Assembly: GCA_964187785.1 (NCBI GenBank)
Contig: OZ076409.1
Coordinates: 46,440,001-46,504,000, forward strand
Direction of reading: 5' to 3'
Origin: Amphiscolops sp. MND2022
Lineage: Eukaryota
Length of the DNA stretch: 64,000 bases
Shown: one piece after another, positions 23,731 through 37,273 of the stretch
Layout of the letters: each line of letters begins with the position of its first letter
How positions within the stretch are numbered: the first letter of the stretch is position 1
The notes under the pieces: generated by a model
Database searches by the model: none
Seen by the model: the letters and a program-made list of their open reading frames with translations, nothing else
Told to the model about the DNA's origin: nothing
Made by a program: the position numbers and the translations under genes

Positions 23731-24117
23731 AAAAAATAATCACAGATGCAATGACTTTATGAATGGCAACAGCAGTTCATATTTGTTGTCAATAAAAAAG
23801 CAAGCCGGGAACAGTCCCGCTCAAGGTTCAAAACGAGCAGTCGAAAAATATTCGAAGGTTCACATTTGTCGTTTTCAGTGAAAAAAAAAACAATACCTTC
23901 ACAGTTCCTCTTATAAGTACACTTCGCGAGTTTAATTGAATTGGCAGAGATTTGAGAATCAGACATCAACTTAGAAGCATTAAATTTTCTAGCATATTAA
24001 GCGTTGTACTTATAGAAAAGGAAAATTCTTTTCCGCTAGTGAAGCTGCTTTTTCCGGGATGTCTTCATGTTTTCAATAAATGAAGTCATTGTCTGACGAT
24101 TCAAGTTTTTTTCGGAA

Positions 24118-25955
24118 CTCCAGTTCCAGTTAGGACGTATCAGGCAGTCACTGCCCCCCTCTTGCACGTTACGAAAGATTGCGTTCCACTGGCGCCTGTT
24201 TCTTGCGGGCTGATGTCCGCTTTGACTAGGTCTCGCCAGGTCAACTACATGCCGCCCCTGGGCTGTTTCCAGTCGGGTCCCTTTACAAACTCTAGGGCGG
24301 AGTTTGGAAGAGTAGTGGGGTCATGGCGGAGAACATGACCGAGCCATTTCAGTCTGCGCTTCTGGATGGTCGTGGGGACGCTGCTATCGAGTTTAAGAAT
24401 TCCACGGATCTCGAAGCTGTCCAGTTTTTCAATATCAGATGTCTTGAGTGGCCACGTTCCACAGCAATACAGTAGGGAGCTCCGGATGCAAGCGTGGTAA
24501 ACTTTTGATTTGATCGTGGTTGAAATATCGCGACTACGCCAAAATTTTAACAGCTTCTTTATGGCGCCGAGACTTCGCGTAACGGAGTTTAATTTCTCCT
24601 GTGATGTCGCCATTAACCTGTATCGATAAGCCAAGGTAGGTGAATTTTTCTACTCTTTCTAGTTGTTCGTCCGAGCAGGTGATATTGATGTTGGGGTCAA
24701 TGGAGCAGAATTTGGTCTTTGACGCGTTGATTTTCAGGTCGACATTTTTGGCCGCTTGGAGAACACTATCAAGTTAGTGTTGACCATCTTCGGCGTTGTC
24801 TTCCAGAAGAGAGATATCATCGGCGAAGTCAAGGTACGTACGTATCGTCTAGACTAATACCATGCATTCTCTGACAAAGGGCGTTTTGCATGATCCATTC
24901 AATCGCCAGCTTGAAAAGAAATAGGGCAATTATTGAGTACTGACGTACTCCGTTCGCTATTTCAAACCCACGTGAGTGGGTGTTGTTTACGCGTACTTTC
25001 CTGGTTGTTTTTGCATTCAGGGTTCTTAGGATGTTAATGATGATGGGGTCAAGGCCGATGTTCGACACTATGGTCCAGATAGCTTCTCGGTTAACGCTGT
25101 CGAACGCCGCCTTGAAATCGATAAAGATAAGGACGGTCCATCGTCCTTATTGAATTGATATCGTTGTACCAGTATTTGGCGCAAGGTAAGACCTGATCCC
25201 GGCACGCGACACTTTTCTTAAAGCTGGCTTGGTTTATCCGGGCAGCCTTCGTGTAGGCCAGTTCCAAACGGTTTTTGATGACCGCTTCAAGAACCTTCAG
25301 GGCAATGGCGATCAAGCTGATTCCACGGTAGTTGGAACATTTCGCTTTGTCTCCCTTTTTATAGCACGGGATGACCGCTATGTTCCAATCATCTGGGATT
25401 TTCTGGTGTAACCAAACTAGGGCAAAGAGCTCCTGCAGCGGTTGGAATACTGATGGGGCACCACGGCGAAACAGCTCGGGGGGGAGGGCGTCAATACCTC
25501 CCGCTTTGTTCTTGAGCTTGTGGAGAGCAAGTAGGATTTCGTCTTTGAGTATATCGGTGGTAGTCGGACCGATGCCTGAGATTTTCTTGATGAGAGAGTA
25601 CATTTTCCGAGTGTTCCCACTCTCATCCGCGGCGATGACTTCGTCTGCGAGCTCGGAGTAGTACCGTGCTTTGTCCGCGCGCACTGCTTTCTTTATCTCC
25701 CGGCGAAGCTTCGCTTTACTCAATTTGGTTCTGGCTCTGCTGCGTTTGTCGATGAGTGCAAGAGTTTCGTGACTGATCCAAGGCTTATTTTGCTTTTCGG
25801 GCTCACCAAGTATCTTTTCAGCTGCAGTATGCAGAGAACTCTTGATGTTGTTCCAGTGCTGACTGATGTCTCCGGAACCATCTAGATCTCCAAGGAGACA
25901 ATTGAGTTCATTGTTGAAGCGCTGGGAGGTCTCAGCAGAATGCAGTGCTTGCACG
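24118..25955 (-). mobile_element. 5'-truncated, decayed RTE-clade LINE
   Basis: KKGDKAKCSNYRGISL; frameshifted FIDFKAAFDSV; GVRQ; DFADDISLL; FTYLG; KRRLKWLGHVLR; short ACTGGA repeat tail near 24120. Confidence 0.9.
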
Positions 25956-26304
25956 TTATATTTAATGGCACGTGTGGTGTTTGTGCATTTTTGAAAAAAA
26001 AATCGGAACTAAACTCAACCAAAAAACTGGACGTAGGGAGCAATTTGTAATAAACGTTTGCAAACGATGCAATTTGAGTTAAATGGGAATAACTACGTGA
26101 TTGAGTGTTTTGATGCGGTTTACGGGTCACATGGTATCAAAAACATTGTTTCGATTGAAGATAACGATAGCTTCGGATCACAAATTACTTTTTTTAGTTT
26201 GATTGCTCGTAGAATATCAAATTAGAACTTGTCTTATCAAATTAGAACAAAGTACACTTGTCTCTATTGTGGAAAGTCTCCAATCCAGCCCTTATATCAT
26301 TTTC

Positions 26305-26830
26305 AGTCGGCACTTTCGTAGAAACAGCAGACTATAGTAGTCTTTTATTTTCAACACCGACGAACTGACAGATTTTATAACTTTATAACTTCTACTGGCA
26401 CAGGTTATTCCGGATTTTTTAAGATCTGAGAAGCAGAAGGACGTGGGTTCGAGTCTCGCACTGGACCAAAATTTTTAAATTCTTGTTTCGGCTTTGCGAG
26501 ACTTTTTTCGAAAAGTTTTTAGTGTCTCCAAATGGTCCCCTTCAAATTGCAACAAAATTCAAGAAGCCCGAAGTGTCCCGTTTTAAAATTTTCAGCATTG
26601 TGAGATTTTTTAAAAATCATTTACAATTTCAACTTTCGTCTTTCTAAAATTTTATTTTTCGTCTAATTAGGTTTTCTCAGTGGCCAAGCACGCTATATCC
26701 GAATTTTGTTTTTTTTACACCGGCGTTTTTTCTGTGCAACTTTTTTGTAATTTGTTATCGAAAGGCTTTTTTCCAGTTGGGGAAATGCTTATCGAGTCTT
26801 ATGCGCATCAGTTCGGGTGTTTTAGAAAAG
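26305..26830 (+). mobile_element. Degenerate HINE family A copy, 3' end lost or interrupted
   Basis: AGTCGGCACTTTCGTAG start and GGTTCGAGTCTCGCACT internal motif shared with 397-1136. Right end approximate. Confidence 0.6.
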
Positions 26831-26865
26831 CAGTGGCTTTTTAGAGCAGTGGCGGTTTAGAAGAG

Positions 26866-27391
26866 CAGTGGCGGTTTTAGAAAATTTTTAAGGGGGATGC
26901 TGATTGTGTGAAAACGGCTTTTGCTTAGAATAGCGCCTATTTCTTACATATTGTAAATTATAGTGAAACCTAGAAAGGTCCCCTCTTTGAGCAATGGCAC
27001 CATAATTTTTCAACACAGAGGCGAAGCGGTGCTTCGCAACACATGACGAAGACATAGATTATTTTAATATGCGTATATATTATTTTAATCGCATGCGTAT
27101 ATATTCAACAGTTCAACTTTGTTCAATAACGTCCCTATGGCACAGTGGTCAACACTTATGCCGTGCAATCGGGAGGCAACAGGTTCGAATCTCTCTGGGG
27201 TTTTGGCTTTATTCTAAAAAGCGCTCATTATGAAGTTGACTATTGTGGAAAAAAAACTTTCTTAGCTGGACTGCAATGCACATTGACTTCGTCATGTGCA
27301 AAAAAGGCACTATAATTTTTCAAAAACTATAATTTTTTTCAAAAATTTTTTTTCTATCGCATCCCCCGCATGCCCCCTAAAACTGCCCCTG
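26866..27391. mobile_element. hAT-like MITE
   Basis: TIR CAGTGGCGGTTTTAG / CTAAAACTGCCCCTG (13/15 match); imperfect 8-bp flanks TAGAAGAG / TCTAAGAG. Confidence 0.6.
27131..27200 (+). pseudogene. tRNA-derived sequence (pseudo-tRNA or SINE head) inside the hAT-like MITE
   Basis: A-box TGGCACAGTGG and B-box GGTTCGAATC at tRNA-like spacing; the stems pair poorly. Confidence 0.55.
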
Positions 27392-27440
27392 TCTAAGAGG
27401 TCTGTCGAAATTAGAGTGAAGAATATAGCCGTCGAATACA

Positions 27441-30400
27441 CAGTAGCGTTGTAAAATACCGCAACCTCATTGCTCAAAATGGCCATTTTCAAATGCAAAT
27501 ACCTTGAAAACTGCTAGGAATACGAAAATTGTCAGCTAAGAAAGTTCAAGAATTTTTCGTAGTTTACAAAAATGTTTGTTTGAAATTTCTACGACCCATA
27601 TTGAGAAAGTTGGAAATTGCAAATTTTGGGAAAATTTAATTGAAATATGAGTTTTTTCGATATTTGAGAGGCTTAAATTCAACATTTTTAGAATGTAAAG
27701 ATATTCGGATATTCCTTACAATCTCTTGAACCTATTGAATTGTCCTGGTCGAAAATTACTTTGAAATCAAAAAAATGTACTCTTTTGTGTCATTGCAACA
27801 CATGTATTAAGATAGGCTATAGGAATTGTATTTAGAAAATAGGCCCCTCCGGGGCACACGATTATTTCTGCTTTTATATCCTTTCAGAAGCAAAAAAACG
27901 ATAGCCAGAAAAACTATTTCCAAGACAAAAGAGAAGTCAGCAAAAGTAAAAAAATAATGACGGAGCAAGCTAGTTAATTTCAAGAACAATTGATTAAAAC
28001 AATATTGCAGTAATTCCATACCACGTAGAGAAATTGTACAATTTACATGTGATACCGCCATATAGTCAGTGTAGAGGTATTTAAATCGAAGAGGGAAGAA
28101 AAGTGAAGATTGGAATCGAATCGAATCAGTACTTGTGCAAGAGATTTTGAGTGTCTACAGGAGTCTAGGGTTAACCTCAACCCGATTCTTGAAGAGTAGA
28201 GCTGTAACGGTCTACCTGCTTCAAGAGAGGTCAACCAATACTAAGAACCCAGTAGCCACTCGTACTGTGCAGGCTGGGTTAGGCCCGTCTTACCCAGTAC
28301 ATTGTGTCTACATCATGGGAGTAGTGAAATTACCAAATAGCAAATCAGAGGAAGACAAAATTTGCACAAGGAACCGAAAGAATAATCAATAAAAACTGAA
28401 AAACACTAAACAAAACCATTTTATAAGACAAAGACAAACTATTCACCAAAATGCCGCAAATAAGCGATATTTTTTCAATCGAACATAGCAGGTCCCTTAA
28501 AAATTACTCGAAACGAATACCTTTGGAGAGTTAGACAATTAAAAAACTAAAATGCTGGATATAATCACCAATTTTTCAGAACTTATCCCCCATGGAAGTA
28601 CACTAAAGTAAGCCATTTTGAGTTAAAAACAAATAAAAACTAAAATGCTGGACATAATCAATTATTTTTCAAACCGACAGAACTCATCCCCTATGGAAGT
28701 ACACTAAAGTAAGCCATTTTGAGAGTTAAAGACATTTGAAAAGTTAAAATGCTGGAAATAATCAACAAATTTTCAAACCGAGAGGACTTATCCCCTATGG
28801 AAGTATACTGAAGTAAACAATTTTGAGAGTAAAAGACATTTGAAAAGTTAAATTGCTGGACATAATCAACAATTTTTCAAACCGACAGAACTCATCCCCT
28901 ATGGAAGTACACTAAAATGAGCCATTTTGAGAGTTGAAGACATTTGAAAAGTTAAAATGCTGAAAATAATCAACAATTTTTCAAACCGACAGAACTTATC
29001 TCCCATGGAAGTACACTAAAGCCATTTTGAGTTAAGACAAATAAAAACCTAAAATGCTTGACAAAATCAACAATTTTTCAAACCGAGAGGACATATCACC
29101 TATGGAATTACACGAAAGTGAGTCATTTTGAGTTAACACAAATAAAAACCTAAAATGCTTGACATAATCAACAATTTTTTAACCGACAGAACTTATTCCA
29201 TATAGAAGTACACTAAAGTAAACCATTTTGAGTTAAAGACAAATAAAAAACTAAAATGCTGGACCTAATCAACAATTTTTCAAACCGACAGAACTTATCC
29301 CCTATGGAAGTTTACTGACGTAAGCCATTTTGAGAGTTAAAGACTTTTAAAAAGTTAAAATGCTAGAAATAATCAACAATTTTTCAAACTGAGAGAATTT
29401 ATTCCCTATGGAAGTACGCTAAAGTAAGCCATTTTGAGAGTTAAAGACAATTGAAAAGTTAAAATGATGGAAATATTCAACAATTTTTAGAAACGACAGA
29501 ACTTATCACCTATGGAAGTTCACTAAAGTGAGTAATTTTGAGTTTAAAAAATAAAAAACCAAAATGCTGGACATAATCAACAAAATTTCAAACCGAGAGA
29601 ACTTATCCCCTATGGAAGTACACGAAAGTAAGCCATTTTGAGAGTTAAAGACAAAAACCAAAAATGCTTGACATATTCAACAATTTTTCAAACCGAGAGA
29701 ACTTATCACCTATGGAAGTACACTAAAGTAAGCCATTTTGAGAGTTAAAGACAATTGAAAAGTTAAAATGCTGGAAATATTCAACAATTTTTAGAAACGA
29801 CAGAACTTATCACCTTTGGAATTACACTAAAGTGAGTCATTTTGAGAGTTAAAGAAAAATAAAAAACCAAAATGCTGGACATAATCAACAATTTTTCAAA
29901 CAAACAGAACTTATCCCCTATGGAAGTACACTAAAGTAAGCCATTTTGAGAGTTAAAGACAATTGAAAAGTTGAAATGCTGGAAATATTCAACAATTTTT
30001 AGAAACGACAGAACTTATCACCTTTGGAATTACAGTAAAGTGAGTCATTTTGAGTTAAAGAAAAATAAAAAACCAAAATGCTGGACATAATCAACAATTT
30101 TTCAAACCGACAGAACTTATCCCCTATGGAAGTACACTAAAGTAAGCCATTTTGAGAGTTAAAGACTTTTGAAAATTTAAAATGCTAGAAATAATCAATT
30201 TTTCAAACCGAGAGAATTTATCACCTATGGAAGTACGCTAAAGTAAGCCATTTTGAGAGTTAAGGACATTTGAAAAGTTAAAATGCTGGAAATATTCAAC
30301 AATTTTTGGAAACGACAGAACTTATCACCTATGGAAGTACACTAAAGTGAGTCATTTTGAGTTAAAGAAAAATAAAAACCAAAATGCTGGACATAATCAA

Positions 30401-32826
30401 CAATTTTTCAAACCGACAGAACTTATCCCCTATGGAAGTACACTAAAGTAAGCCATTTTGAGAGTTAAAAACTTTTGAAAAGCTAAAATGCTAGAAATAA
30501 TCAATTTTTCAAACCGAGAGAGTTTATCCCCTATGGAAGTACGCTAAAGTAAGCCATTTTGAGAGTTAAAGACAATTGAAAAGTTAAAATGCAGGAAATA
30601 ATCAAGAATTTTTCAAACCGAGAGAACTTATCTCCTATGGAAGTACACTAAAGTAAGCCATTTTGAGAGTTGAAGACAAATAAAAACCTAAAATGCTTGA
30701 CATAATCAACAATTTTTCAAACCGAGACAACTTATCCCCTATGGAAGTACACTAAAGTAAGCCATTTTGAGAGTTAAAGACAATTGAAAAGTTAAAATGC
30801 TGGAAATATTCAACAATTTTCAGAAACGACAGAACTTATCACCTATGGAAGTTCACTAAAGTGAGTCATTTTGAGAGTTAAAGAAAAATAAAAAACCAAA
30901 ATGCTGGACATAATCAACAATTTTTCCAACCGACAGAACTTATCCCCTATGGAAGTATACTGAAGTAAGCCACTTTGAGAGTTAAAGACATTTGAAAAGC
31001 TAAAATGCAGGAAATTATCAACAATTTTTCAAACCGACAGAACTTATTCCATATAGAAGTACACTAAACTAAGCCATTTTGAGAGTTAAAGACAATTAAA
31101 AAACTAAAATGCTGGGCCTAATCAACAATTTTTCAAACCGACAGAACTTATCCTCTATGGAAGTACACTGAAGTAAGCCATTTTGAGAGTTAAAGACATT
31201 TGAAAAGTTGAAATGCTGCAAATAATCAACAATTTTTCAAACCGAGAGAACTTATCCCCTATGGAAGTACACTGAAGTAAGCTATTTTGAGTTAAAGACA
31301 AATAAAAACCTAAAATGCTTGACATAATCAACAATTTTCCAAACCGGCAGAACTTATCCCCTAATGGAGGTATACTGAACTAAGCCATTTTGAGAGTTAA
31401 AGACTTAAATGCTGGACCTAATCAACAATTTTTCAAACCGACAGAACTTATCCCCTATCGAAGTATACTGAAGTAAGCCATTTTGAGAATTAGACATTTG
31501 AAAAGTTAAAATGCTGGAAATAATCAACAATTTTTCAAACCGAGAGAACTTATTCCATATAGAAGTACACTAAAGTATACCATTTTGAGAGTTAAAGACA
31601 AATAAAAAACTAAAATGTTGGACATAATCAACAATTTTTCAAACCGACAGAACTTATTCCCTATGGAAGTACACTTAAAGTAAGCCATTTTGAGACTTTA
31701 AGGCAAATAAAAAACTAAAATGCTGGACATAATCAACAATTTTTCAAACCGAAAGAACTTATCACCTATGGAAGTATACTGAAGTAAGCCATTTTGAGAG
31801 TTAAAGACATTTGAAAAGCTAAAATGCAGGAAATAATCAACAATTTTTGAAACCGAGAGAACTTATCCCCTATGGAAGTTAACAATGGTAAAAAGCCGGT
31901 TATTCAAAACAATTTTCCAATCAGACGTAGAATGTTCGCTACACTCCTTTTTTATTTTCAATAATAAAGTCATATCTGGAATATCAACACACTCCCTTCT
32001 ATCTTTCATTTTCAATAATAGAATCATATCTGGAATATCAATAAACTCCTGTTCAATCATTATTTAGCGCACAATTACATGTAATCACTGTACAAGTTTA
32101 CACCGCCTTTAATTCTTCTCGGACTAAAGAAAATATAACTACTAAGCGTAGACGAAGTTTCGCATTCGCATTTGAATGCAGGCGAAGCTCTCAACGAACG
32201 AAAAATTAACACTCATTCGCTTCATCTCAATAACTCGGGGCAACGAAAGCACAATTACGCGAACATTCGCTCGCTTCATCTCAATGACGTCAGCATACGA
32301 ATGGATAATTACAACTCGCTCGTTCCATCGCACTAGATTTGAATTGTTGTCGGCAGCTTTCCCACGCTTACACTCACTGCCGAACAAAATATCTGAATTA
32401 TTCAGATCGTCCGAAAAATTTGTACTGAAAAAAAGTAGAAAGTTTGAGGTTACAATAATATTCCTGCTAAAGCAGAAATATTAAAAATAGATGATTTTTA
32501 TTGGGAATCGAGAAAAATATTTCAATCAAATACCGGCATCCTCAAGAGATTTGGGGCAAATGATTGACTGAGAATTTTCCAAAAATATTTTCTCAACTTT
32601 GTGAAAATCGAGAAAAAGTTCTAATTCCATAAAATTTTGTCAAAATTTACAAATACTAACTTTTGTATTTTTCTTCGCAGAAAATTCAAACAAACATTTT
32701 TGTAAACTAGATAAAATTCTAAGAAACTTTCCTAGTTTTCCTAGAATTTTTTTGCATTTGTGGCAGTTTGCGAGTTATTTAGTTTTGAATTTGAGTAATG
32801 AGTAGCATTATTTTAGAACGCTACTG
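27441..32826. mobile_element. Non-autonomous DNA element with long imperfect TIRs enclosing a satellite
   Basis: CAGTAGCGTTGTAAAATA.. versus ..TATTTTAGAACGCTACTG; inverted similarity runs ~220 bp or more (TAGTTTACAAAAATGTTTGTTTGAA at ~27560 and its reverse complement at ~32690). Confidence 0.75.
28520..31880. repeat. Satellite array, ~104-bp unit, ~32 copies
   Basis: Consensus AAAATGCTGGACATAATCAACAATTTTTCAAACCGACAGAACTTATCCCCTATGGAAGTACACTAAAGTAAGCCATTTTGAGAGTTAAAGAC... Confidence 0.97.
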
Positions 32827-33033
32827 TAAAAGGCTCTTTTCGTTTACCACAAAATAGAAACTTTAAACTGCAGCAATCATTATATAATATAACTATCAAA
32901 ACGTGATTACACATAATTACACATAAACAGTGTCGAACAGTTACTAGTATCTAGAAAATTGATCTATCTACTAGAATATCTTTGACAGTGATTTCGTCTT
33001 CATATGAGGACAGGGAATTTTTTCGCAATCAAT

Positions 33034-34318
33034 AAACAAGCCGGGAACGGCCCAAGTCGATGCCATATCTAAGGCTCAAAAATAGCAAAAGGACTTCAAA
33101 GTGTCAAGTACTCGCTTCTACAGTACCCGAATGGGGAAAATTTTTTTGTAGTCTCCGGTAAGTCGTATAGTATAGTGCCGAAAAATGTAAAAGGGGAGAC
33201 CATTTGGGATTTTTTGAACATCCATTCTGTTGCAAAATAGACCAGAGCCGCATGTGCGGTAAAGGAGTCGGCTCAGGTTTTTTTCTGAAGTCGAAAAATG
33301 GCCTTTTTTTGACCATTTTTGGGCTAATTTTGGCTATGTTTCTCAAATCCCAGCCATACGATTTTGATGCCATTGCACATATAGGACTCTAATATGGTGT
33401 AGAATATCTGTAGAAAATTTCGTTCGAATCGTATGGACAGTTTTTGAGAAAATCGAAAAAAAGTCGAAAAATGGCTGTTTTTTGGCCATTTTTGGGCTAA
33501 ATTTGGCTATGTTTCTCACATCTCAGCCATACGATTTTGATGCCATTGCACATATAGGACTCTAATGTGGTTTAGAATATCTGTAGAAAATTTCGTTCGA
33601 ATCGTATGGACAGTTTTTGAGAAAATCGAAAAAAGTCGAAAAATGGCTGTTTTTTGGCCATTTTTGGACTAATTTTGGCTATGTTTCTCACATCCCAGCC
33701 ATACGATTTTAATGCCATTGCACATATAGGACTCTAATATGGTGTAGAATAACTGTAGAAAATTTCGTTCGAATCGTATGGACAGTTTTTGAGAAAATCG
33801 AAAAAAGTCGAAAAATGGCTGTTTTTTGGCCATTTTTGGGCTAATTTTGGCTATGTTTCTCACATCCCAGCCATACGATTTTGATGCCTTTGCACACGCA
33901 GGGGCCCCTTTGGGTGTAGAATGACTGTGCAAAATTTCGTGAAAATCGTATGGACAGTTTTTGAGAAATTTGAAATTTTCATGAAAAGGTCGGGAGAAAA
34001 AAAAACAAAAAAAAAACAACACGATTGCATAAGTAGTCGAAAATTTTTTCCGACTCCTAAAAAATTGAAGGGGGACCCTTTGGGTACATTAAAAAAATTT
34101 GCAAAAAAGTCTCACAAAGTCGAAATACCATGAACAAAAAATTTTGGTCAAGGGGGAAACCTCAAAAAATCCTTATTAACCTCTATGCCAGTAGAAGTAG
34201 CAGTTTAGTGTGGCAGTTAGTGTTAGCGGAAGCCAGCTTATAAAATCTGTCACTTCTTTGGTCTTAAAAAACTCACTGCTATAGTGTGCGTTTTTCTACG
34301 AAAAGCGCCGACTAAAAA
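33034..34318 (-). mobile_element. HINE family A copy interrupted by a family B copy
   Basis: AACAAGCCGGGAACGGCCCAAGTCG at the left end; GCGCCGACTAAAAA at the right end. Confidence 0.8.
33239..34058 (-). mobile_element. HINE family B with ~4 tandem 172-bp internal units
   Basis: Hairpin CCGCATGTGCGG; subterminal inverted repeat AGGAGTCGG / CCGACTCCT; inserted in an A-run with no TSD; GTCGAAAAATGG at 33290, 33463, 33635, 33807. Confidence 0.8.
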
Positions 34319-34759
34319 TACGGAACACAAAAATCATATAGTAATACAAAAATTGGGTTTCTTAACGACAAATTATTGGACTAACTGGTGTGAGGAGTTA
34401 TTTGTGTCAATAGTTTTCCGAGCTACAGGCCAAAAAGTAATCGGAAAAAAACCTACTTTAAACATAGGCGCAAAGGAATTTGCGCACGGCTTCGAGCGAC
34501 AGGTCCCGCAGCCATAATTGACTATCATCATGTGCATTTGAACCATATTACCAAGTTATTAGCTATGACGAATAGCTAAGGTTATATACGGCACCAGAAT
34601 GCTCAAAATACAATGAAATTGAAAAGAATTGCGGGTATTAATCATATGAAGCTTAACTTTTTCGGCCTTTACCACTATATAAAAGGAAGGGCTGCCCTAG
34701 TTATCAATAGGACGGTTGATATGTGCCATCACTAGCAAGCATACTTTCAGTTCTAAAAA

Positions 34760-35166
34760 TTAGCTGAATTGTGCATCAAACAACCTTCCAGCATCAGTGG
34801 GCACCGTTGGAAACGTATTCCAGAGGATGAATAACCTGTTAAAATTTGCGAATGGGGCAAAATCACGAAAAGATCCGAAATCATTTTTGTTTTCAATACA
34901 ACGTAGTTGAATATCATTGCACAGCGAGGTGTGAATATAACTTAGTGTTGTCTTGATTTGATCGTTGCATATGACATCAAATCTCTCAGGAATATTGCGG
35001 TAATGCATAATACCTTCTGTGCAGATATTCACTGGATAGAATACGTTAAGAACGGAAATTTCGCGGTTTTACGCTTCAAACAACCACATCATCAATAACT
35101 AACGGTGAGCATGTACTCCAGTGGTCCAATATGATCTCACTCTCGAAAACCCATACATCGAGAGGT
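34760..35166 (-). other. Possible exons (35166-35104 and 35031-34760) of an unidentified host gene or pseudogene
   Basis: GT-AG introns 35218-35167 (GTGAGT..TTTTCAG) and 35103-35032 (GTTAGT..CCAG); the two exons join in frame with ORF 34760-35032. The sequence upstream of 35219 contains stops. Confidence 0.4.
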
Positions 35167-37273
35167 CTGAAAAAAACTTTGGTTTCCGACATCAAAAATG
35201 GACAAAAAAACAACTCACCGAAAATTTTACAGGCATGAGACAAAGCAAATCAATGAGCAATTATGGAGTATATGATTCAATGTACATTGTCGATAGGTCT
35301 TCGAGCATTTTTACATTTTCTACTAGCAGTATAAATAAATAAAAACCTTCCAAGGATGAAGTCAGCATTTTTAACAACAGCCGTGCAAATAAGACAGTAG
35401 GAGGGTTACTAGGGGTAATCAGACCGCAATCTATGCATTTTTACAAGACCGATCCGGTAACTTCGTCTATTTCACTCCTTCCTAAGATTAGTTTGGAAAA
35501 TGTATATTTAAAAATTGAAGGATCAAATATTCATTTATTTCAAGATTCGTAGTAAAGCACAATTTGTATAATATACAATGAACTGCCCGAAAATCCAACA
35601 ACATTTAAATCTTCACCAACAAATTCAGTTCCAACAATTTGTTGAGTTTTTGGATGGTCTCGAAGTATTAGGCTCCGAGAAAATAGGCCAAAACTTTTAC
35701 AAAATTGAATAAAGAGAGCAATTTATCAAAAATTCAAAAAATTTGAAAACTTTTTTGTCTCTATCTGTCCGACGTAAACGTTGTGACTTTCCAATTTCTA
35801 ACTTTGGGCAGCTAAGCAGACCTGTTATCGAGTAGAAACACCACTGCTTGGATTAGAACTGATTGCTACTTGAAAATAGGTTGAGAAATTTTTTACGCAA
35901 AAAAACCGAAAATTTTTCCTATTTTTAATGGTCATTTTCGCAAAGCCCAATAATTCTAGGATAAAAAAACTTTCACCAAATTAGAGAAAACATCGTTTTA
36001 CGTCGGTTAGTACCTACATCGGGCCAATTCGCTGTGGTTTGCGAAAAGAAAAATAGCAAAATCGACAAAAACCCTAAAAATTTTCGAAAATTTCGCGCTT
36101 TCGAAGCTAATAAAATCGCGCCGGTGGAAAATTTTCGGAAAGTTTTTACACGGTTAGAAAGAGCATCAAGTTGCGTTTCTTTTTGGAAATTTTGGATGGT
36201 CGCGGAAAAATAGGCTCTGAGAAAATAGCCTTCAATTAATACAAATGCAGAGGGTATGTCACGCGAAAAAAAACCAAAACGCTAGTAAACGCGGAACAAT
36301 AGAGACTTCGTCGCTTCGCTTCGCTCGCTCGAAGCCTCAAAAAAAATTGCGTTTCTCAATAACTGTGCAACTATGTGCTAAGTTATTGTCCAACTCTAGT
36401 AACACAGTAGGCGACCATACCATTGAAAACGCGTATAATAGAAGTTTTTGTGCAATGAAACTTCGAGGGTTATTAAAAACGTGCTTTTCAATAAAAACGT
36501 TTATGTTAAAAACGTTTTAAACTGTTTTAAGACAATTTTAAATTCCTTGAATTTTCAATAAAAGATTCGAAATCAAAAAATGGAAAATTTTACAAAGAAT
36601 CATTGAGAGCATCATCGCTACCATTCAGTAAGCGATAACAAAATGTTTTGACGCTTTCTCTGGATTGAGGCGACTTCTGAGGTCCTAATGTATAAATCCC
36701 ATTGTTGAAAACATTCTTTCGAGCCCTTCGGTACTTGGAACTAACGCATCTAGTTTGAGTTTCTGTATGTGCTCGAATCTGATTGGATCAGAAAAAACAC
36801 ATTGTTTTATTTAAATACTAAGTGTGTTTTGAAACGTTTAAAACAATCCCCGTTTCAAAACAACAACCCTGGAAGCTTCGGCTATGAAACTATGAGTACG
36901 ACCGGCATTTGAAACGCCCGGCAAAACAAGTGGCGCTAACTTCCAGTCTAACTAGTGTGCATTTGAAACCTTAGGTAAAAAAGGGCTTACAGGAACAAAA
37001 AATCTGATTTGAGATGTGGCTATTATTCGTCAAGAAATGAAGCTTCAAAAAATTTGCCATTTCAACTTCTCAAAGGTTCTCAAAAAGGTGTTTGTCATTT
37101 TGAAAATTTTGTCACAAGTTTCTCTGCAAACATGCGCGGGTTGAATGTGTGTGTATTCCAATTGTGAATAAATTAAACATTCTAGAAACTCACAGTTGTA
37201 ATGAAAATTCTGCGGAGTTGTCAACAGTAAAATGCTTGATCCTAGTTACCGAAAATTTAGTGACTAATAGATA

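Noticed and set aside
28048..28312. Possible solo LTR (TG..CA, GC-richer)
   Set aside because: No matching TSD and no second copy in the window.
28520..31880. CRISPR-like regular repeats
   Set aside because: Whole monomers repeat with no unique spacers; no cas genes; eukaryotic context.
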